Shown here one piece after another: positions 27,187-42,080 of a DNA stretch of 64,000 nucleotides. Source of the DNA: Octopus vulgaris. Its lineage: Eukaryota. Every line of letters begins with the position of its first letter. The stretch's first letter is position 1. The notes beneath the pieces are model-generated. The model had not been told where the DNA came from. It searched no databases and was given only the letters and a program-made list of their open reading frames with translations. The translations under genes were made by a program, and so were the position numbers. The stretch covers positions 97,340,001-97,404,000 of the forward strand of contig OX597821.1 of NCBI GenBank assembly GCA_951406725.2, in the 5' to 3' direction.

Positions 27187-28275
27187 TGTATATATATGTA
27201 TGTATATATATATTTAATGTTATAATGAAAACCACAAGTCTCATGAAATCCAGTTACCCAATTTATTTTGCCATTTTTCAAGCTGAGAACAAAACTGTTT
27301 GTCAGTTACTTTTTCAGAACAGATGATATTTGAACAGCAAATGCTCATAAGGAGTATGACAGAAAAAAAAAAAAAACACAGTGGGGATTACCAATGTTAT
27401 GATCAACAAATGTTAAAAAAAGATGTAAACAAGATATTAATGGTTTATGATGCATTCAGTAGCCCATTTTTAAATTCTGCCAAGATGTATTACTTAAAAT
27501 GCAGACATATAGAAAAAAGCCTAATTCCTGGAATTTACATAGTTGTTAGAGACTCTCAAGTTCTGGAAGAGACATAGTTTTCCAAGAGAACATATTGAAC
27601 ATCTTTTTGGCCCATTAATATATTGTTTGGTTTTGGGAAAGGATTTTCTATTTAATTTGGCAAAATGGTAAAATAAATTAATGTTTACAGAGATGTACTT
27701 GCATAGCAAGTGATTTGATCTGAGATCGTGTGCTGAAACGAAAATAAATGCAGCATGGAAGGTGTTTGTAAGCCATTTAAGAAACACACAAAAGCCGTTC
27801 GATTCACTGAACGAAAATATTTTGACAAATTAAACTTAAATGTTGAAGTGAATCGAACGGCTTTTGTGTGTTTCTTAAATTAATGTTTTTAAATCATGAA
27901 ATTCTGGGTTGTTGTATTTCACAAGGCTTTTCTGTGGTTTTCATTATAATACCTTTACTGTCTTAGTTGATCAAATGCTATTCTACTTGTTGAAGACTTA
28001 CCACAAAATAATAATAATGATCCTTTCTATTTTTGGCACAAAGCCTGAAATTTTAAGGGAAGGTCTAAGTCAAGTACAACAATCCCAGCATTCAACTGGT
28101 ACGTATTTTATCGACCCTGAAAGGAGGAAAAGCAAAGTAAACATTGGCAGAATTTGAACTCAAAATGTAAAGATGGACGAAATACCAATAAGCATTTTGC
28201 CCTGCATGCTAATGATTCTGCCAACTCACCGCCTTAATAATAATAATAATAATAATGATAATAATAATAATAACG

Positions 28276-28315
<40 letters not shown>

Positions 28316-29449
28316 CAACAACAACCCCTTGTACTAAAGGCAGAAGGCCTGAAATTGAGGGAAGGGGGCTAGTTGATTACAACGATCCCAGTGCAGACCC
28401 CAAAGGATGAAAGGTAAAGTCGATTTCGGCAGAATTTGAACTCAGGATGTACAGCCAAACAATAAAATGGCACTTAACATTTTGCCCAGCATGTTAACGA
28501 TTCTGCCAGCTCATCAGCAACAACAACAATAATAATAATAATAATGATAATAATAATAATAATAATATTAATAATAATAATCCTTTCTACTAAAGGCACA
28601 AGGCTTGAAATTTTGGGGGAAGGGACTAGTTGATTACATCAACCCTAATTTCACTGGTACTTAATTTATTGACCCTGAAAGGATGAAAAGCAAAATTGAC
28701 CTCAGCAGAGTTTGAACTCAGAACATAAAGTTGGGTGAAATATCACTTAGTATTTCACCCAGCAAGCTAATGATTTTCCCCGGTCACCACCTTAATAATA
28801 CTAATAATAATGAAAATAATAATGATAATAATAATAATAATAATAATAATACTGTGTGTGTGTATTACTCTACCTCCAGTATTTGAGTACTGTTTTTTCT
28901 TCATTTATGTGCTTACACTGGTATATATATATTTATATATATATATATATACACACACACAGGCATGTATATACATCTTCCTTAATTTGAATACACTGAG
29001 AAATAGTTGTTAGCATAATGGGAGCAGGGTCCATCTATACTATAGTATATGGTTAGCCTTTTAGTGGGGTGAGAGGAACATAAGTGAAAATTTCAAACAG
29101 TATGATAAATAAATCTATATGATAAATCAATAAAATCAAATAAAAACAAAATACAAAATTGGACATAAATAAAAAAAAATATGACCTTCACTGATCACTT
29201 GTATCATAGTTAATGGTGCTTAGATCAATAGGGAAATCTGATCTTTCTCACACGCATACACATCTACATACATACATACATACATACATACATACATACA
29301 TACATACATACATACATACAAGCATGCATGCACGCATACATGCATATGTATGCACACACACACACACATGCACACATGCACACACACAAGTACATGACAA
29401 GTACCTTCATACACATATATAACACACACATAGATACATACATAAAATA

Positions 29450-29484
<35 letters not shown>

Positions 29485-29578
29485 TGTTCCAGCCTCAACT
29501 CCACTAGTTGTTCAGTCAGTAGGTGGTCTATATTATTTATGGTGTTGGCAACATTAACAATAAATATTTATTGTTTGA

Positions 29579-29617
<39 letters not shown>

Positions 29618-30039
29618 AAGTAGTAGCAGTAGTAGTTGTGGTGTATTGGTTGTAGTTACAAGGTTGGGAGTTAGTAAGTAGGGTTGGTTGGAGACTGGTG
29701 TCTGTGGTCGTAATAGTTTATGCAGTTGTGATGTAAGTGGTTGGTGGCAGGCAGTTGTGGTGGAGGTTGTAATGATGAAGGTGGGGGGGGTGCTAGTAGT
29801 AGTAGTTTAGGTGTTGGTAGTGGTGGTGGTGGTGGTGGTCATCAAGTTTGTGATGGTAGCGGTGGTGGTGATGGTGGGTTTTTTTTGTGATTTTATGATT
29901 TGGTTAAATCGGGTTGCTCGATTAAAGGTGGTGCTCCAGCATGGCCACAGTCTAGTATTGGGATAAAATCCTGCTTCAGCTGTGCTTATTAACTATAAGA
30001 CAAGGTCACTAGCTCTTCTAATGATGTGTTTGACTCTCT

Positions 30040-30723
<684 letters not shown>

Positions 30724-31667
30724 TCACTCTCTCTGTATCTATGTCTATAGTAATTCCAGCTAATCCCATTCCGCACCACAAGAATCCGTAACACCCATGC
30801 TTATCTCCTTTCCCTATATCATTCAGTCATTAAAAGAGCTAAAAATCTTACCCCTACACAGATAAGTAAGTAGATAGATAGGTACACAGGTAGGTTAGTA
30901 GGTAGGTATGTAGATGTACAGCATAGTCTAATTTGGGAACTTTTGCTTTATGAGTTCAAACTGGACTGTAATGCCATAAAAGCAACCAAATATTTTTGTT
31001 GAGCCAAAGATGGTGGAACAGTTGATCATGGTATAGTAAGTAATCATCATCATCATCATCGTTTAACATCCGCTTTCCATGCTAGCATGGGTTGGACAGT
31101 TCAACTGGGGTCTGGGAAGCCCGAAGGCTGCACCAGGCCAGTCAGATCTGGCAGTGTTTCTACGGCTGGATGCCCTTCCTAACGCCAACCACTCCGTGAG
31201 TGTAGTGGGGGCTTTTTACGTGCTACCGACACAAGTGCCAGACAAGGCTGGCGAATGGCCACGCTCGGATGGTGCTTTTTATGTGCCACCGGCACAGTTC
31301 AATAAATTTCACTCAGGTTGCAAGAACCTCAATTATTAAGCAAAGTCAGGTAGGTCTAAAACTGTGGATTCTGAAACTGTGCTCCAGGCCAAATAGGCAA
31401 GTCCATTGAGTAGCACTTGGAGATTATCATGGGAGCTCAGCATCACACAATCCCGTGTGGTTCGTCACTTGTACTAATTCTCATCTGAATATACTGAAGT
31501 GACATGGAATGAACTTAAGAACCCAATGCTCTGCTCTGTGTGAGACTCAAACCTATGATCTAATGATTGTGAGCCTGACACACTAACCACTAGGCTACAT
31601 AGTTTCACTCTGGTAGTGTAACCTTGAAAATAGGTGGATGATAATATCTGAATAGATTCCTGAATAT

Positions 31668-32160
31668 TTACCCTTTAGCAGATTACTCTGTCAAATATAA
31701 TGCTTATTCATTCACATCATTTTGAATTAAATATGCTTTATCTCATAGCTTTAAGATTTTGGTGATGTGATTGCTCATTTTTATAATGTCATTGTACCGT
31801 CCAGGTACACACTGAAGTCTGTATCATTGTCCATCCCACCGCTCATCCCGGACAGTCAAGCAAAATGCTGCTGAAAGGCTGCACACATCTGCTTCGATTC
31901 GGAAACCTCGCGCCCATTCTGGTCCACCAAAGACCAAATGGTTACCCTGTTGCCACACTTTGCCTCCACCATGCAGACCCATCAAGTGGCCTTAGTCCCC
32001 TTCCCACTTACTGAACATGCTTTAGCTCTGACAACGCAGCCTTTGTGTTTGGCGTTGAAGTGTTGGTTGAGGGTGTAAGAGGCCAGATCTGACCAGTTTG
32101 ATCTTAAAGTAAAGTTGAATATATGGATGGCATACTGCTGGTTGAAATGCTAAAGTGTTA
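31668..32160 (-). mobile_element. piggyBac-type MITE carrying a ~245 bp L1/Tx1 ORF2 segment (31797-32040)
   Basis: The flanks match the 16065 MITE in reverse. The insert is nearly identical to 33430-33672. Confidence 0.75.
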
Positions 32161-33092
32161 TTGACGTTGTGGAGATCTCTGCCTTTTGTACTGCTCCCAT
32201 TGACTTTGGCTCACAAAGGAGGAGGATATTTTATATCAGCACATTAACATGAACGTGCTGGTAAAGTGCACAACATGCAATTAGTTGAATGATAAAGTAC
32301 ATGTTTGGAATATTGGTAGAACTTGTTGTTATTCTCTCTGAAATAAATGAAAGACTGTCATCTCTAGCAGTAAGATTTAAAAATCATCATCATCACCATC
32401 ATCCTCATCCTCCTCCTCATCATCATCTTCTATCGATTTGCAGTAGGAGTACACAACAACAACAACAACACTATCTACAATGAATTCACACAACAGCTAC
32501 TACACACTTTAAAGCAATACACCACACAATTGAAGTGGTGGTGTGGTGGTGGTGGTGGTGGTGGTGGTGGTGGTGGTGGTGGGGATGATAACAGCAGTGG
32601 TGGTGGTAGTAGGTTAAGCCATAAAATGTGATATTTTAATGAGAGCATCTTTGAAATGTTTTCTATGTGCTTGTGTGTGTTTGCTAATTTACTTACCTGT
32701 GTGTGTTTGCTAATTTACTTACCTATGTGTGTTTGCTAATTTACTTACCTGTGTGTGAGTGCATGAAGAAAAATTCATAAGACAGTGCAGGTATTGAAAA
32801 CGTTGAATGGTCTACATTACTATTGCCCTATATTTTCTGTTGGGTACACCAACATATTTTGCCATGTAATAGAATAACAAACAAAAATAGATAAATAAAT
32901 AAATAAATGAATAGTAATTACTGTTTCTAAATTAAGTATGAGGACAGCAATATTGAAGTGAGGGTTGGGTTAGTCAATTACACCAACTGCGCTAATTTAT
33001 TTCATTGACCTTGAAGGGATTAAAAAAAAGTTGACCTCAGCAGGATTTGAACTCAGAATGTAAAGACATAAAAAATACCACTTGGCATTTTG

Positions 33093-33152
<60 letters not shown>

Positions 33153-33419
33153 CCTTTCTACTATAGGCACAAGGCCTGAAATTTTAGGGGAGGGGACTAG
33201 TCAATTAAATTGACCCCAGTGCTCAACTGGTACTTATGTCATCAACCCCTAAAGGATGAAAGGCAAAATTGACCTCAGCAGAATTTGAACTCAGAACATA
33301 GTGACAGACGAAATACTACTAAGTGTGCTAAGGACTCTGCCAGTTCACTGCCTTAATAATAAGGGTGCAATACCTGAAATGTTAAGGGAGAGGACTAGTT
33401 GATTACACTGATTCCAGAA

Positions 33420-35390
33420 TTGCGGCAGGTCGTCCAGGTACACACTGAAATCTGTACCATTGCCCATCCCACCGCTCATCCCGGACAGTCAAACAAAGTG
33501 CTGCTGAAAGGCTGCACACATCTGCTTCGGTTTGGAAACCTCACGCCCATTCTGGTCCACCAAAGACTAAATGGTTACCCTGTTGCCACACTTTGCCTCC
33601 ACCATGCAGACCCATCAAGTGGCCTTAGTCCTCTTCCCACTTACTGAACATGCTTTAGCTCTGACAACGCAGCGTTGAAGTGTTGGGTTGAGGGCCAGCC
33701 TGGCCACCAACACGTCAGTCACGATGCCTGTCCTAAAAGCCTTGTCTAGTTTTCTAACTAAATCCTGCTCTAATTTCTTTCATTCTACAGCTAGAGCCTT
33801 ACTAAGCCTAATGGATTCTGCTCTAATTGCCCTCGTGAGAGCAAACCACCAGTTGTTGTTAATAATCGCCCACCCCCCGTCAATGCCCACTTACCTAATA
33901 GGCTAATCCAGTCTCTGTAAGCTTTGCATGCTGTTAATGACATGTTTAGCTTCCAGCAACTGGGATTCTGTCTACGGACCCTATCTAAGTCAACTGTACA
34001 GATCACGAATTTGTGGGCTATGTAGCCGACTATGTGGGAATTGTGGACACCTTATGCTGTCCATATCCACTAGCCTACAGAAAACTCTATCTAAGTACGA
34101 TCTAGACAACCCGATGCGATTAGTCCAAGTCCACATTGGCACATTCGGGTTGTCTAGTCGATACCTGTCAGACAGCTGAAAGCGTCTGAACAGGTTGGTG
34201 AGGCTTTTGCACCCCCTCTCCGATCAGATGCTCCCACACCCACCTGATCGAAACGTTCGTCTAAGACAGCGTTCCAATCCCCCAACATGCTCAGGAAAAC
34301 CTCCAGACGCTTGAAGTAATCTGACTGCCCTGTCCCTGTCAGAGTGTAGGCAGCCACCAGTCTGAAGGTACCGCCGTCACTACTGTTCACATCAAGGACC
34401 ACCAACTTACCCTCTGGATCCAGGAAATCTGCCTTTATTTTCAAATCCAGGCCTTTCCAAAATAGTGCAGCAGTACTACCACTGCCTGCTCCTGGCTGAC
34501 ACGGAGATAGAAAAATCTCGTATCCACCGAAAAGGGCTGCGAGTTCCCATGGGTCGGAGAGCCTGGTTTTGCTAATGGCTGTTACATCCACACTGTAACA
34601 CCTCAGGTCGTTTAAGAGGTGACCTTGTTTCCAAGGCGACCCGAGGCCTCTCACATTTATGCTACTGATTCTGAGCACAACCATGTTTAAAAAGATTTAT
34701 ATAGGAGTAAAATCTCTACTTACTGCCATTGTCTGGTGTGGTGGATCCCTTATGCTTTTGTGTGGGTGTTGCCACCAGACTTTTGTAAAGTTTTTTTTGA
34801 GAAACTTTTCCCGAGCGACCCAACATCATTTGGAAAAATTGTTCTTTATTATCTCGTAGTTCTCACGAGTTATTTTAAAACTGAATATGTGTGAATAGGT
34901 GTGTTGTGTGTGTGTATGACAAAATGTCATTGTGGTGTCAGTGTTTTCTTTCAAGTGTGTTACAAGGTTACATTATTAGTGTTTATTGCCATGATGTTTG
35001 TATTGGTGGTGGTGTCTGTGTGTGTTGTAATATGTGTTGGTGGTTGCAGTGGTAGTGCTGGAGAAGGTGTTGTTGAATGTTGTTAGTGCATCTTGTTGCT
35101 GTTGTTGGGAAGCTCTACTTTCTTGCGCCTCCCCACTTTGTCAGTTGTTTCTTTAGACTTCTTCTTTCTTTCCTTTTTCAGTGGCACTGTGTGCCACCCC
35201 CCTTCTCACTATCAGTGCGCACTGTCTGAGCTGATTTGGTCAGGAAAGGGGATGTCCTTGGGGTCTGTTATAGTATTTTGTAATGCAGTTTCATCCGTTG
35301 TTTTTGTTGGTGCTGTTGCTGTTGAAAGTGGTGGTGATGGTATATTTATACTGTCCGGTGTCATCGTTGTTAGTGTTTGTCTGGTGATAG
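33420..35390 (-). mobile_element. L1/Tx1-clade LINE fragment: ORF1 tail, APE endonuclease and linker, truncated before the RT
   Basis: 34684-34154 reads ISSINVRGL...GDWNAVLD, then frameshifted WTWTN..SRSYLDR, HKFV and CWKLNMSL, then the linker ..FQQHF..FSVYLDDLPQ. Confidence 0.85.
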
Positions 35391-35610
35391 TTCGAGTCGA
35401 AAAGGTCTGCAGAGCTGGAGGAGAAAAGACGACGACGGAAGGAGCGCCAACAACAACCACGTGCGACTCTCCCTTCCGGCACTAGATGTCCGCACTGTGA
35501 CCGATCTTTTCGAGCAAGAATTGGTCTTATCAGTCACCTGCGGACTCACCAATAAATTTGCGTGAAGACCATCATCCTCGACCTTGAGGGATTGCCATAG
35601 TAGTAGTAGG
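35391..35610 (+). mobile_element. RTE-clade LINE 3' end with a C2H2 zinc finger, inserted in or beside the L1 fragment
   Basis: AELEEKRRRRKERQQQPRATLPSGTRCPHCDRSFRARIGLISHLRTHQ-stop, a short 3' UTR and a (TAG)n tail. Confidence 0.8.
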
Positions 35611-35639
35611 AGGTGGTGTTACTTTTGTTGGGGGTGTTG

Positions 35640-35858
35640 AGTGGGATGGGTCTACTCAACCTGAAGAAAATTCTAACTGGGCCCCACCTGCAAGGTCATG
35701 TGCTGTTTATCCTGATATGAGATCACGATGTCGCGCGCATATGGTTGTGAAGCATGTGCCTAGTGTGCCTTTATCAGATGGGTAGTCATGATGGGTATAC
35801 TGGGCTTCGTATATTTTACCCCAGTGTCACTTTGATGGCATGCACTGCTCTCTCACTC

Positions 35859-35860
<2 letters not shown>
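35640..35860 (+). mobile_element. Family E retroposon, 5'-truncated
   Basis: Reverse complement of 20950-21160, followed by (AAT)n. Confidence 0.75.
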
Positions 35861-35890
<30 letters not shown>

Positions 35891-36406
35891 TAATAATAAT
35901 AATGATAATGATAATAATCCTTTCCACTAAAGGCACAAGGCCTAATAATAACAACAACAACAACAACAGTGAATAAAATAAATGAAACTAATCCTGTGTA
36001 TTTTTAGCCTTGACAGATTTTCACTAGTAACGTGATGCCATATTACTACTTACAGATGCAACCGTAATTGCAAACTTAATTGAGTAAGCAACATCTTGAA
36101 TGTGATACAGGCATTCACAATTCTTGCTTTATTGTAGGCAAGAGGAAATAGTTGTATATATGCTAATAGCACGTGGTAATCAAGGGAATGTGTGCAGACT
36201 GGGTATAACTTTTCTTCAGGTTGTTCAAAGCAGTCACATTGTAAATAGAAAATCTAAATGCTTCATAGAAAGTGAAGGATATTTTCAGAGCTCAGTCCTA
36301 CTTCAACTCTACCTTTATGGCATAAACTGGAGGACAAAAAAATCTTTCCCTCTTTTGGACACCAATGTACTGCTCTTTTTATTACTATATGATCTGATAC
36401 TGTACC

Positions 36407-36575
36407 CACTAGCATAGCAAGAGTGTGTGCCACCTGGGGCAGCCCTTTCTTTTTTCCACCCCCAGACCCCACAAAAAGCACATGTTGCCTACAGCAGACC
36501 CAAAATTGCTGCCCCTTTAAGAGTGCTGCCTGAGGTGGACTGCCTCTACCACCACCACCCCTAGCTATGTTAGTG
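36407..36575. mobile_element. hAT-type MITE
   Basis: TIRs cactagcatagc / gctatgttagtg and a perfect 8-bp target duplication actgtacc (36399-36406, 36576-36583). Confidence 0.85.
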
Positions 36576-37146
36576 ACTGTACCTAGTCCAACTAAGTGAT
36601 AAATACACTGAGGTTATGTTGGATAAAGTGTTATACCTCGAAACATGAAACACAAAAGATTTGAACCCATGAGCCATGTGCAGCTAGTCTAATATCTTCT
36701 CTGCTTGCCCATCAGACAGCATTTATATTAATTCAAGATATGCAAGTGGATAACTGTTAATCTTGAGTCACATGTACCCTGGGCATGCTTCTACTGTTCT
36801 AATTAAAGTAGCCCACCTCATTATAAGGTTGTACTGTTCCCTTTGTCCTTTTACTTTCTTCATTGATTTTTTACATTTTAGTCCAAGGAGAATGTACTGT
36901 GACCCTAACCCTTACATGTCATCCCCAACCAGAAATGTTTACTTTTTTCATAGTTTTACTACATTATACTCCTAGGAGAATGTACAGTGCCTACAGCCCT
37001 TATATGTCATCCACAGCTGGGAAGGTCACTACAACTGACATTTAGTTGAAATTCCCACAAGCTAGGGCCTCCAAGAATAATGTGGAAATGAGGGAGAGAG
37101 TTTTAAAAAGCTGAAGCAGGATTAGGTGTAGTGTTTGTTGTGAAAT

Positions 37147-37754
37147 TTAACACTTTAGCATTTAATCTAGCCATATCCAGCCCAGTTATTGTACCTGTAC
37201 TACCCTACAATGTCATTCTAAAAATACACAAACACTCAATTGAAATCTTGAAGCTACTTGATAATGTGTGATTAGGCTGTTGCCAGCGCCGCCTCGACTG
37301 GCTTCTGTGCCGGTGGCACATAAAAAGCACCATCCGAACGTGCCCGATGCCAGCGCTGCCTCGACTGGCTTCTGTGCCGGTGGCACATAAAAAGCACCAT
37401 CCGAACGTGCCGATGCCAGCGCCGCCTTGGCTGGCTTCCGTGCCGGTGGCACGTTAAAAGCACCAACCGATCGTGGCCGATTCTGGACTCCCCTAGCACC
37501 TGTGCAGGTGGCACGTAAAAAGCACCCACTACACTCGCGGAGTGGTTGGCATTAGGAAGGGCATCCAGCCGTAGGAACACTGCCAGATCAGACTGGAGCC
37601 TGGTGCAGCCCCTGGCTTCCTAGACCCCGGTCGAACCGTCCAACCCGTGCTAGCGCAGAAAACGGACGTTAAACGATGAAGATGATGATGATGATGATGA
37701 TCTGAATAAATAATCATTACACTTGACAGAGTAATCTGAATGCTAAAGGGTTAA
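37147..37754. mobile_element. piggyBac-type MITE interrupted by a family C element (37274-37703, +)
   Basis: TTAA termini. MITE sequence resumes after the (GAT)n tail. Confidence 0.8.
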
Positions 37755-39347
37755 GGGTGCAAGATACAGTACAGATGGAAAGTGGTTGAAAGATAGCTGA
37801 ACGAGGTCCACATGGGTAGGAATAGTACACAGCTTCAAAAATAGATGTGGTAGCAGAGTGGTATAGCACTTGAGTGGGTTAACAGTGGAAGAGTGTAACG
37901 ATTGTAGTGCTTGCTAATTGTCGTGTGGTTCATGGTTAGTTAGTGGTGGAGTGCAGAGAAGTTAAATTCATCATAGCAACATTAGATTAGAGAATACAGT
38001 GTGTCAGTGTGCAAGGATGGTTGGTTGTTATAGTAACCAACACTTTGCTGCATGTAGATGGTGAATGAAGGTTTACCAATGAAACAGATGGATTCTTTTT
38101 TTTTTTTTGCTGTACTGTGGGTAGAATGTCTGTATGAATACCAGCTGCTGCATTATTCCAAATATGTGAGTAGTACTCTATTATAGCAACAGCAATACAA
38201 TCCCAAGTATTAGAGGAGCTTACTAATGTGGTCTAGGATGTTTTTGTGTGTTGCAGTAGCAGTGTCCCAAGTAGCACTCTAATGTGTGCGCTGTGTGTGT
38301 GTGTGTGTAACAGCTTTATGATGCAATAATCCAAGAGATTTTAATTGCTTACTATTTATTACACACTTAGTGATGGAAATAAACCATCACCGAAAAAACG
38401 AATTCCTGTCAAATAAGGCAAGGGAGACAACCCTGAAATCTTAGAATTAACCAATAAGCAATGAAATACAGTCTATGTTTATATCTACTGGCATACTGAC
38501 AAATGGACAAACAGACAGATGGATATGAAAAAGAGAGTGTTGGGGATAAAGATAATTACTGCAAAACACTGTAAACAAAATGGTGTAAGACAATAATATA
38601 GTTATTGATTTCGAAATTTTGTGCAAATAACATCAATATCAAAGAGAAAGCTAATACAGATTAAGCAAGGTAAAGGTTTTAAATCAGATTATATCAGATT
38701 ATGTTTGTTGGAAGACTAGCTACATCATATCTGAAAGCATATTATCTATTTTCATCACCACAGATGATGGTTACTTGTGTCATGTTAATCTCTGTTTCAG
38801 AGAGTGTGTGTGTGTGTGTGTGCATGATGTGATTAGAGAAAAATATTCATAAATTAAAACATTGAGGTATTTTTCCAGCATTTATTACCCAATAAGTATT
38901 TCCTATAACACATTAACTTAATTTGTAAACATTCCAGGTTACATCTAAAACAAGTGTCTAAAAACAAACATCAAAGGGTTACCTAGCTGGTTTTTAAACC
39001 TTCACTTACCAACCTACAATGACCTCTGTTTGTCTGTGTTCGTGTCTTTATCTGTTTGTGTTTTACACAAGATAAAAACCTATGCTGTGCACATGTTGTG
39101 CCTTCTTTTGTCTCAAAACTTAAGGATTTGTTAAATGATGATCAATAAAATAAAGCAGCAGGCTGAAAATAAATATTAGGATTGATATTAATGACTAAAC
39201 CCTTTACCGTAGCACTCTGGCATGGCTATAGTCCAAGAACTGAAACAGTGAAAGACTATATCCATATGATATACATATATATATATATAAACATATATGT
39301 ACATATATATATATACATATATACATATATACACACACATACATACA

Positions 39348-39441
<94 letters not shown>

Positions 39442-39445
39442 TTGA

Positions 39446-39671
39446 AGGCGGCGAGCTGGCAGAAACGGTAACATGCCAGGCGCAATGCAAAGCCGTATTT
39501 CGTCTGCCATTACGTTCTGAGTTCAAATTCCGCCGAGGTTGACTTTGCCTTTCATCCTTTCGGGGTCGATAAATTAAGTACCAGTTACACACTGGGATCA
39601 ATGTAATCGACTTAATCCGTTTGTCTGTCCTTGTTTGTCCCCTCTGTGTTTAGCCCCTTGTGGATAGTAAA

Positions 39672-39675
<4 letters not shown>
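39446..39675 (+). mobile_element. SINE family A, full length, between (TA)n tracts
   Basis: ggcggcgagctggcagaaac...gagttcaaattcc...gccccttgtggatagtaaagaa. Confidence 0.85.
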
Positions 39676-39711
<36 letters not shown>

Positions 39712-40860
39712 GAAATGTTAGTGCCATGCAGTGTTTAGGCATAAGAATAATTTAGGTTAGTCAAAATAAACTTGTGACAAATTTCAACTGCTAAAAGGCA
39801 AATTCACTGCAGTTACCATGGAGAAAATATCTCTCCTATGGTAAATGGTGTGAAAACACCCGGTTCGTTCAGTGTCACCATTGATCAGAAATCCCAGATA
39901 TTGATGTTTCGAGTTTGTTCAGTGTTGCCTCTCTTAGGTACATCTCATTGACAAGAATAAAAAAAACTTGAAACATCAATGTCTGGAATTCCTGATAGAG
40001 GCCAACACTGAACCGAGTGTTTTCACACCTTTTTACCATAAGAGAGAGACTTTTTTTCCATGGTAACTGCAGTGAATTTGCTTTCCTGCAGTTGAAATAT
40101 GTCACAAACATCTTAACTAACCTAAATTTTACTTATAGATGTATGTATATATACATCAAAAGGATGTGTTATAATACATTCCACAGCCATACCTACAATC
40201 CAATGATAACAATCCAACGTATCTCCATCTTCAGCTGCCCTGCAGATATCATTATGGTTTTGACATCTGGGCAGTACCACTCAATCCAGCAGTGTCAACA
40301 GCACTAAAATAAGTGTTGTTTGGGAACTAACAAACCAAAGAAGCCACATCTTTCAAACACATTTACCCTATGTACAACCATATCAATAAATAAATTCAAT
40401 AAGTAAATTACAACCACTCCTAAACGCATAACTAAACAGTGACAACTCTATTAAGTCATACAAAAATTATAATCCCTACTGTCTTCCATAGTTTAATAAA
40501 TAAAATTAAAAGCTTAATAACCATATTATTTGAATCAAACAATATATAAACAGGATTAAACACTTACTTTAATAAAACTACAACAAAGAAACATATAAAC
40601 GAATGTACATTGTATCAGTATTAATAGTAAATTGCAATAACTAAATTATAGGTTAACTTACAATCAATCTTTAAGTCCATACAAATAATAATCCCGCCAG
40701 TCTTCCATAGATATTACTATAATGAAAGTTAAAGCCTTACATATATATATTACTCAAAGAAAACTGTCTGATTTTCACGTTTCATTTACAATCTTATAAT
40801 AATATAATATAAGATAATATAATATTATTAAATGATAGAATATTAAATGTCCATTCTGAT

Positions 40861-40905
40861 TGAACTAGTACTTTCATGCATTAAACTATGCAATCTTCAG
40901 GTTCA
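40861..40905 (-). ncRNA. Minimal type I hammerhead ribozyme motif, core intact
   Basis: tgaac CTGAAGA T TGCAT agttta ATGCA T GAAA GTAC TA gttca: 5-bp stem I, palindromic stem III AGTACT, CUA triplet. Confidence 0.75.
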
Positions 40906-40986
40906 TGTAGTAGTGGTGGTGACAGTTTTGTTTTACAATTTACAACTGTTGTAAATTGTAAAACATAGCTGTCACCACTACTGTAT

Positions 40987-41197
40987 ATTGACCGCGTGTG
41001 TACCATTGGCGATTTTCTTTTCCTCTGTCTTCCCTTCTCTGGATCTTTCCTTCTCCTATGTCTCCGACGAAGAGCTCCGCTCGAAACTTTAAACCCTCCT
41101 TCTTCCCTTCCTTCCTGAGCGTCCAATAACACTATATTTGTTCCACGTCCTCACGTTGTTGTGTTTTCTCTTTGTTTTCATGTTTGGATTAACTTTA
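40987..41197 (+). mobile_element. Family H1 element, HHR motif at 41060-41094
   Basis: gtct CCGACGA A GAGC TCC GCTC GAAAC TTT aaac. Close reverse complement of 25668-25882. Confidence 0.75.
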
Positions 41198-41654
41198 TAT
41201 ATATACATATACATACATATGTATAACTATATTATGTATATATACATAATATAGTACTGGGTGCTTTTTATGTGGCCCTAGTACCTGCAGAAATGCCAAG
41301 TGGCTTGCAAGACAGGTACAGCTCAGCTGAAAGAGGGACAGTAACTGAGAGAAGTGGCTGTATCTCAGCAAAATATATATATATATTTGCGTTACCCATA
41401 TTTTCTTTTTTTGTTATATGTGTATAATTATTATATTTATTTTAGTTTGTTGTGTCTGTTTTCATCATTGTCCTGTACATTCATTAGCTATTCTCAGTGG
41501 CTTTTCTGCACTGATGCTGCCTCCAAGAATGAATTGTCTCAATGATAATAATGGGTATCTATAAACAATAAACTACTGTGGCATGTTGGTCAACTTTTAA
41601 GCTCAGCATGTAAAGATGGACAAAATGTCACTAAACATTTTATGCGGCATCTCT

Positions 41655-41867
41655 CTTTTACTCTTTTACTTGTTTCAGTCATTTGACTGCGGCCATGCTG
41701 GAGCACCGCCTTTAGTCAAGCAAATCGACCCCGGGACTTATTCTTTGTAAGCCCAGTACTTATTCTACCGGTCTCTTTTGCTGAACCGCTAAGTGACGGG
41801 GACGTAAACACACCAGCTTCGGTTGTCAAGCAATGCTAGGGAGACAAACACAGACACACAAACACGT

Positions 41868-41900
<33 letters not shown>

Positions 41901-42080
41901 CATACATATATATACGACAGGTTTCTTTCAGTTTCCGTCTACCAAATCCACTCACAGGGCATTGGTCGGCCCGAGGCTATAGCAGAAGACACTTGCCCAA
42001 GATGCCACGCAGTGGGACTGAACCCAGAACCATGTGGTTAGTAAGCAAGCAACTTACCACACAGCCACTCCTGCGCCTAT
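41655..42080 (-). mobile_element. SINE family B, full length
   Basis: Close reverse complement of 45418-45850. Confidence 0.9.

Noticed and set aside
37281-37520. Regularly spaced repeats resembling a CRISPR array
   Set aside because: They are contiguous ~65 bp tandem units inside a eukaryotic retroposon, with no unique spacers and no cas genes.
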